DNA from: Escherichia phage vB_VIPECOOM01
DNA: 64,000 nucleotides
Reading direction: 5' to 3' (one strand)
Sequence record: OQ721909
In this document: positions 61,065 to 64,000 of the stretch, piece by piece
How positions within the stretch are numbered: the first letter of the stretch is position 1
Layout: each line of letters starts with the position of its first letter
Position numbers and translations under genes: made by a program
Notes under the pieces: generated by a model
Databases searched by the model: none
Seen by the model: the letters and a program-made list of their open reading frames with translations, nothing else
What the model was told of the DNA's origin: nothing

Positions 61065-61283
61065 TCATTTTACGCCATTCCAAATTGTTTCAACCACAGA
61101 TTTCAAACCATTTTGGTGAATATCCATTCCGACAACTGCCATCAAATAAATTCCAACTACAACTGAACCCAAGGCGAAAATCAGCATGAAAATGAATAAA
61201 GCTGGAAAAATATTATCAAAAAACCATTCCATAAATGTAAAAGCACTGCGTTTACGCTTCATATTTTCCTCACATAAATCCAA
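61065..61283 (-). CDS. Hypothetical membrane protein, 72 aa
   Basis: ORF with two predicted TM segments (FPALFIFMLIFALGSVVVGIYLMAVV). Confidence 0.5.
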   Translation of the reverse strand: MDLCEENMKRKRSAFTFMEWFFDNIFPALFIFMLIFALGSVVVGIYLMAVVGMDIHQNGLKSVVETIWNGVK

Positions 61284-61518
61284 AGTAAGCGTTTAATACA
61301 TCAATCATTAAAACGATTGGGAATATACTCAAAACTACTAGTATTATAACTACATTCCATATAGCTTTAACAATCTTTTTCATTTTCTGTTCCTCCGTAG
61401 TTGATAGGATAATAATACCACAGAGGAACAGTCTTGTAAACAACTTTTTTAAAAATATTCGTAATAAATGTGAATACCAATCACCACTGCCGAAACTTGC
61501 GCAACCCACCACGCACAA
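61270..61518 (-). CDS. Hypothetical membrane protein, 82 aa
   Basis: ORF with hydrophobic segments; overlaps the downstream gene by 14 nt. Confidence 0.45.
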   Translation of the reverse strand: MCVVGCASFGSGDWYSHLLRIFLKKLFTRLFLCGIIILSTTEEQKMKKIVKAIWNVVIILVVLSIFPIVLMIDVLNAYFGFM

Positions 61519-61626
61519 GCAATAAGTACAGAATTCAAAATTTTCATAATAACCTCATCACAAAAGTAAATGTTAAACAAATTAATGGAATACTAATTAA
61601 CCAAACAAAACACCACCATAATGAAC

Positions 61627-61899
61627 TCATAGTTCAATCTCAGCGATTTTCATTTCATTATTATTAATAGCCGCTTTAAGACTATCTGAAAGAATTACAT
61701 CCCAGTGGTCATTCATATGACCATTAACTAAGCGTGTAATTTCTTCGGGAGTTGAAAAATAAGGCGTATCAGACTCCCAATGCGATAGTCCCAAGCGAGT
61801 ATAAATCATACCTTCATCATCGCTAGAATATTCAACTGACACAAACTCATCAGTTATTTTATGTTTAGCGTAATAAAATTTAAATTTCATTTTACTCAA
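61627..61899 (-). CDS. Hypothetical protein, 90 aa
   Basis: ATG ORF with 4-nt overlap to the upstream gene. Confidence 0.5.
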   Translation of the reverse strand: MSKMKFKFYYAKHKITDEFVSVEYSSDDEGMIYTRLGLSHWESDTPYFSTPEEITRLVNGHMNDHWDVILSDSLKAAINNNEMKIAEIEL

Positions 61900-62102
61900 T
61901 AATCTGCTAAAAGATCGACGATTGCATCACGAAGACACTTATTCGCAATACGTTTAAGAGCAATTTCAGTTTCTGGAGCATTTTGAATAATCATTGAATT
62001 CAATTCAGCCTCAGCAAACTGAAGTTCTTTAACTAATTCAGCTTTATATTTTCCTTGACCTTTCTTAGCTTTTGCTCGTTTTAATTCAGCTGTAGTAAAC
62101 AT
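61896..62102 (-). CDS. Hypothetical protein, about 68 aa
   Basis: ATG at 62102 with a GGAG RBS (the track starts at TTG 62114); first gene after an early promoter. Confidence 0.5.
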   Translation of the reverse strand: MFTTAELKRAKAKKGQGKYKAELVKELQFAEAELNSMIIQNAPETEIALKRIANKCLRDAIVDLLADY

Positions 62103-62136
62103 TTTATTCTCCAAATCCGTATCAGTTGATAGTTGT

Positions 62137-62166
62137 ATAGTACCACAGTCCTTGTGGTATGTAAAC
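62137..62166 (-). promoter_or_regulatory. Early-type sigma70 promoter
   Basis: Minus strand GTTTAC, 18 nt, TACTAT, about 30 nt upstream of the ATG at 62102. Confidence 0.45.
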
Positions 62167-62183
62167 CGTTTTGTGAAAATTTT

Positions 62184-62741
62184 TTAAATGGAAAGATACC
62201 ATCCGTTGTAGTTGCTTTTTCTTACAACTTTACGAAGGTCTTCTCTATCACCGATGAACTTCGGAGTGTACTGGATGACACCTGGATGAATTTCTTTAGT
62301 GTTGAATATAATTATACAGTCAGCGACTTGATGATTCAGAATGGGCCCTAGATTTATTCCAGAACCGTATGGATACTCTCCGCTGCATCCTGTTGTTACA
62401 GAAATCCAACGTGAGTCAGTTTGGTGTGTCTTAACTTCTACACGAAGCCCGCAATATCTTGGATGCGCCAATACATCCCATGCGTATGTATACGGGTCAT
62501 TAACATCCTCTTGGCCTTTGTTAACATACCCGCTCAGCCAATCTGCTACAAAAAACTCTGCATACACAGCGATACGGCATCTTTCAATAACTTCTGCTTT
62601 ATCTTGGTTCGGGTTTTGTTTTAGAGAGTATCTTGCTGTATCAGCAATTTTGACCTTCATTTCACTAGTCAAATCATTGTTCGATAGGGTAAATGTCGGA
62701 ATCTGAAATAGTCTCTGTAAACCCGGATTCGTTTTCTGCAT
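62184..62741 (-). CDS. denB: Endonuclease IV (cytosine-DNA specific)
   Basis: 185-aa ORF between the ndd-region small genes and rIIB; size, position and sequence consistent with T4 DenB. Confidence 0.85.
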   Translation of the reverse strand: MQKTNPGLQRLFQIPTFTLSNNDLTSEMKVKIADTARYSLKQNPNQDKAEVIERCRIAVYAEFFVADWLSGYVNKGQEDVNDPYTYAWDVLAHPRYCGLRVEVKTHQTDSRWISVTTGCSGEYPYGSGINLGPILNHQVADCIIIFNTKEIHPGVIQYTPKFIGDREDLRKVVRKSNYNGWYLSI

Positions 62742-62806
62742 TAAACTTTCCTTTTACGTCGGAATCACTGATGTTAATATAATAAATCATAGTTTCCCTT
62801 AAAACA

Positions 62807-62824
62807 AAAGGGCCGAAGCCCTTT
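62807..62824 (-). other. C(UUCG)G stable hairpin (putative terminator or processing site)
   Basis: AAAGGGC-CGAA-GCCCTTT right after the upstream stop codon; U-rich sequence follows on the mRNA strand. Confidence 0.45.
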
Positions 62825-62827
62825 ACT

Positions 62828-63022
62828 TTATTTGAATTGTGCAATTCTTTTCTCTAAACAATCTGCGTAAGATTTCATTGAAATAAACTGCGAAAGCAGT
62901 AATTCTTGCTCAACTTCATTAATCGTTAGAAACTTTGTGCTTTCTAAAAATTTGCTCAATGCATTAATTTTGAGCATTAATTGATCGTATTCTTCTTTTA
63001 CTCGTGCTTGATAACCTAACAT
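62828..63022 (-). CDS. Hypothetical protein, 64 aa (position of T4 denB.1)
   Basis: ATG ORF flanked by two near-identical hairpins. Confidence 0.5.
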   Translation of the reverse strand: MLGYQARVKEEYDQLMLKINALSKFLESTKFLTINEVEQELLLSQFISMKSYADCLEKRIAQFK

Positions 63023-63036
63023 AATTTTCCTTAGTT

Positions 63037-63052
63037 AAGGGCCGAAGCCCTT
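63037..63052 (-). other. C(UUCG)G stable hairpin downstream of rIIB
   Basis: AAGGGC-CGAA-GCCCTT overlapping the rIIB stop codon; same core as the hairpin at 62807-62824. Confidence 0.45.
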
Positions 63053-63989
63053 ATTTAAATTGTTCAGTAACGTCTTCAACTACTTCGTATTGGCAGGTAC
63101 GCATTTTAGCATCGTTGTAATCAATCGGAATTGATACTACATCGCGAGGATGTACTTTAACTTTTACAACTCGGCTGGTTGAACTGCCAAAGTGACGAAT
63201 ATAAGATTTAGAACACACATGCAGACCACGAGAACAAGTTTGTGTATCATCGTCATTCACACGAGTACGTGGCATTTTAACTACTTTACCAGGACTGTTA
63301 TCAAAAGTATTTGAATGACAGTCAAAGTAATTGCTGCGAACTACTTTCCAAGCATAGAAGTAACCATCTTCTGTAATTTCAATATCGTTTGCTACCAAGA
63401 AATCAAAGAGTCGAGATACCGCTTTTTGGCTTGGGTTTTCCAACAGATTTTCCAAGAACGGAAAATAAAATTCAAAGTTTTCGCCTTTTTCCATCGAATC
63501 GAGAATACGATCAACTAAACCAGACCGCAATTCAATATTTTGATAGAACAAGCTTCCACCTTCAATTCGAACATCACCGGAAATATATTTTTCAACAGCG
63601 CGACGAACGTTAATTTTTTGCGCCGCTTCTTCCAATTTATCTGTAACAAGCAGATTAAGAATTTCCTGGAAGTTTGAATGAGTATTAGGAGTTGCGTTAT
63701 AAGTTACACCATCAACAGTAATTGAAATGAATTTTTTAGATGCATTCCAAATAATGTCAGATTTAGCAACTGGAGCAATAACTGCATCGCTATTAACTTT
63801 AACTGTAATATCACCGCTAATAGTAACTTTAGAGCGCTCAGCTTCTTCAGCATTTTTCAAAACACGACGGATTGTGTCAACCGATACACCTTGCCAATCA
63901 GCCAATTCCTGTTGGGTATAATTACCACTTGAATACAGTTTGACGATTTCAGCTTGTTCGTTTTTGGTCAGGCATTTAATATTGTACAT
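63051..63989 (-). CDS. rIIB: rIIB membrane-associated rapid-lysis protein
   Basis: 312-aa ORF MYNIKCLTKNEQAEIVKLYSSGNYTQQELADWQGVSVDTIRRVLKN, matches T4 rIIB. Confidence 0.95.
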   Translation of the reverse strand: MYNIKCLTKNEQAEIVKLYSSGNYTQQELADWQGVSVDTIRRVLKNAEEAERSKVTISGDITVKVNSDAVIAPVAKSDIIWNASKKFISITVDGVTYNATPNTHSNFQEILNLLVTDKLEEAAQKINVRRAVEKYISGDVRIEGGSLFYQNIELRSGLVDRILDSMEKGENFEFYFPFLENLLENPSQKAVSRLFDFLVANDIEITEDGYFYAWKVVRSNYFDCHSNTFDNSPGKVVKMPRTRVNDDDTQTCSRGLHVCSKSYIRHFGSSTSRVVKVKVHPRDVVSIPIDYNDAKMRTCQYEVVEDVTEQFK

Positions 63990-64000
63990 AATTTTCCTTA

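Overview
This 64-kb window is a contiguous stretch of a T-even (T4-like, Tequatrovirus-type) Escherichia phage genome, running from the major capsid gene 23 to rIIB. Identifications rest on protein sequences I recognise from phage T4 (gp23, gp24, Rnl2, Hoc, UvsW, UvsY, baseplate gp25/26/51/27/28/29/48/54, Alt, DNA ligase, rIII, gp31, dCMP deaminase, polynucleotide kinase, Alc, Rnl1, endonuclease II, NrdB/NrdA, thymidylate synthase, DHFR, gp32, gp59, gp33, DsbA, RNase H, tail-fibre gp34-37, holin T, AsiA, Arn, MotA, topoisomerase gp52, Stp, Ndd, endonuclease IV, rIIB) and on conserved gene order. About 100 protein-coding genes are packed with frequent start/stop overlaps. Plus-strand blocks hold late structural genes (23-24, uvsW, 51-54, 34-38, t); minus-strand blocks hold early and middle genes. 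Regulatory elements are T4-like: TATAAATA late promoters, GTTTAC/-10 early promoters, MotA-box middle promoters, the gene 32 translational operator, and many C(UUCG)G or GNRA tetraloop hairpins. No tRNA, rRNA, CRISPR or mobile-element genes were found. Compared with T4 as I remember it, the window has no introns in td or nrdB and no seg/mob homing endonuclease genes, and its distal fibre is T2-type (gp37 with a C-terminal auto-chaperone-like domain plus a glycine-rich gp38 adhesin). The most interesting candidates are a full-length second Alt-like ADP-ribosyltransferase in tandem with alt, a 68-aa basic ORF inserted at the frd/td junction, a NADAR-like protein (30.3 position), and two acidic ORFs next to gene 32. 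All coordinates for promoters, terminators and ORFs shorter than 60 aa were hand-derived and may be off by a few nucleotides; no database search could be run.
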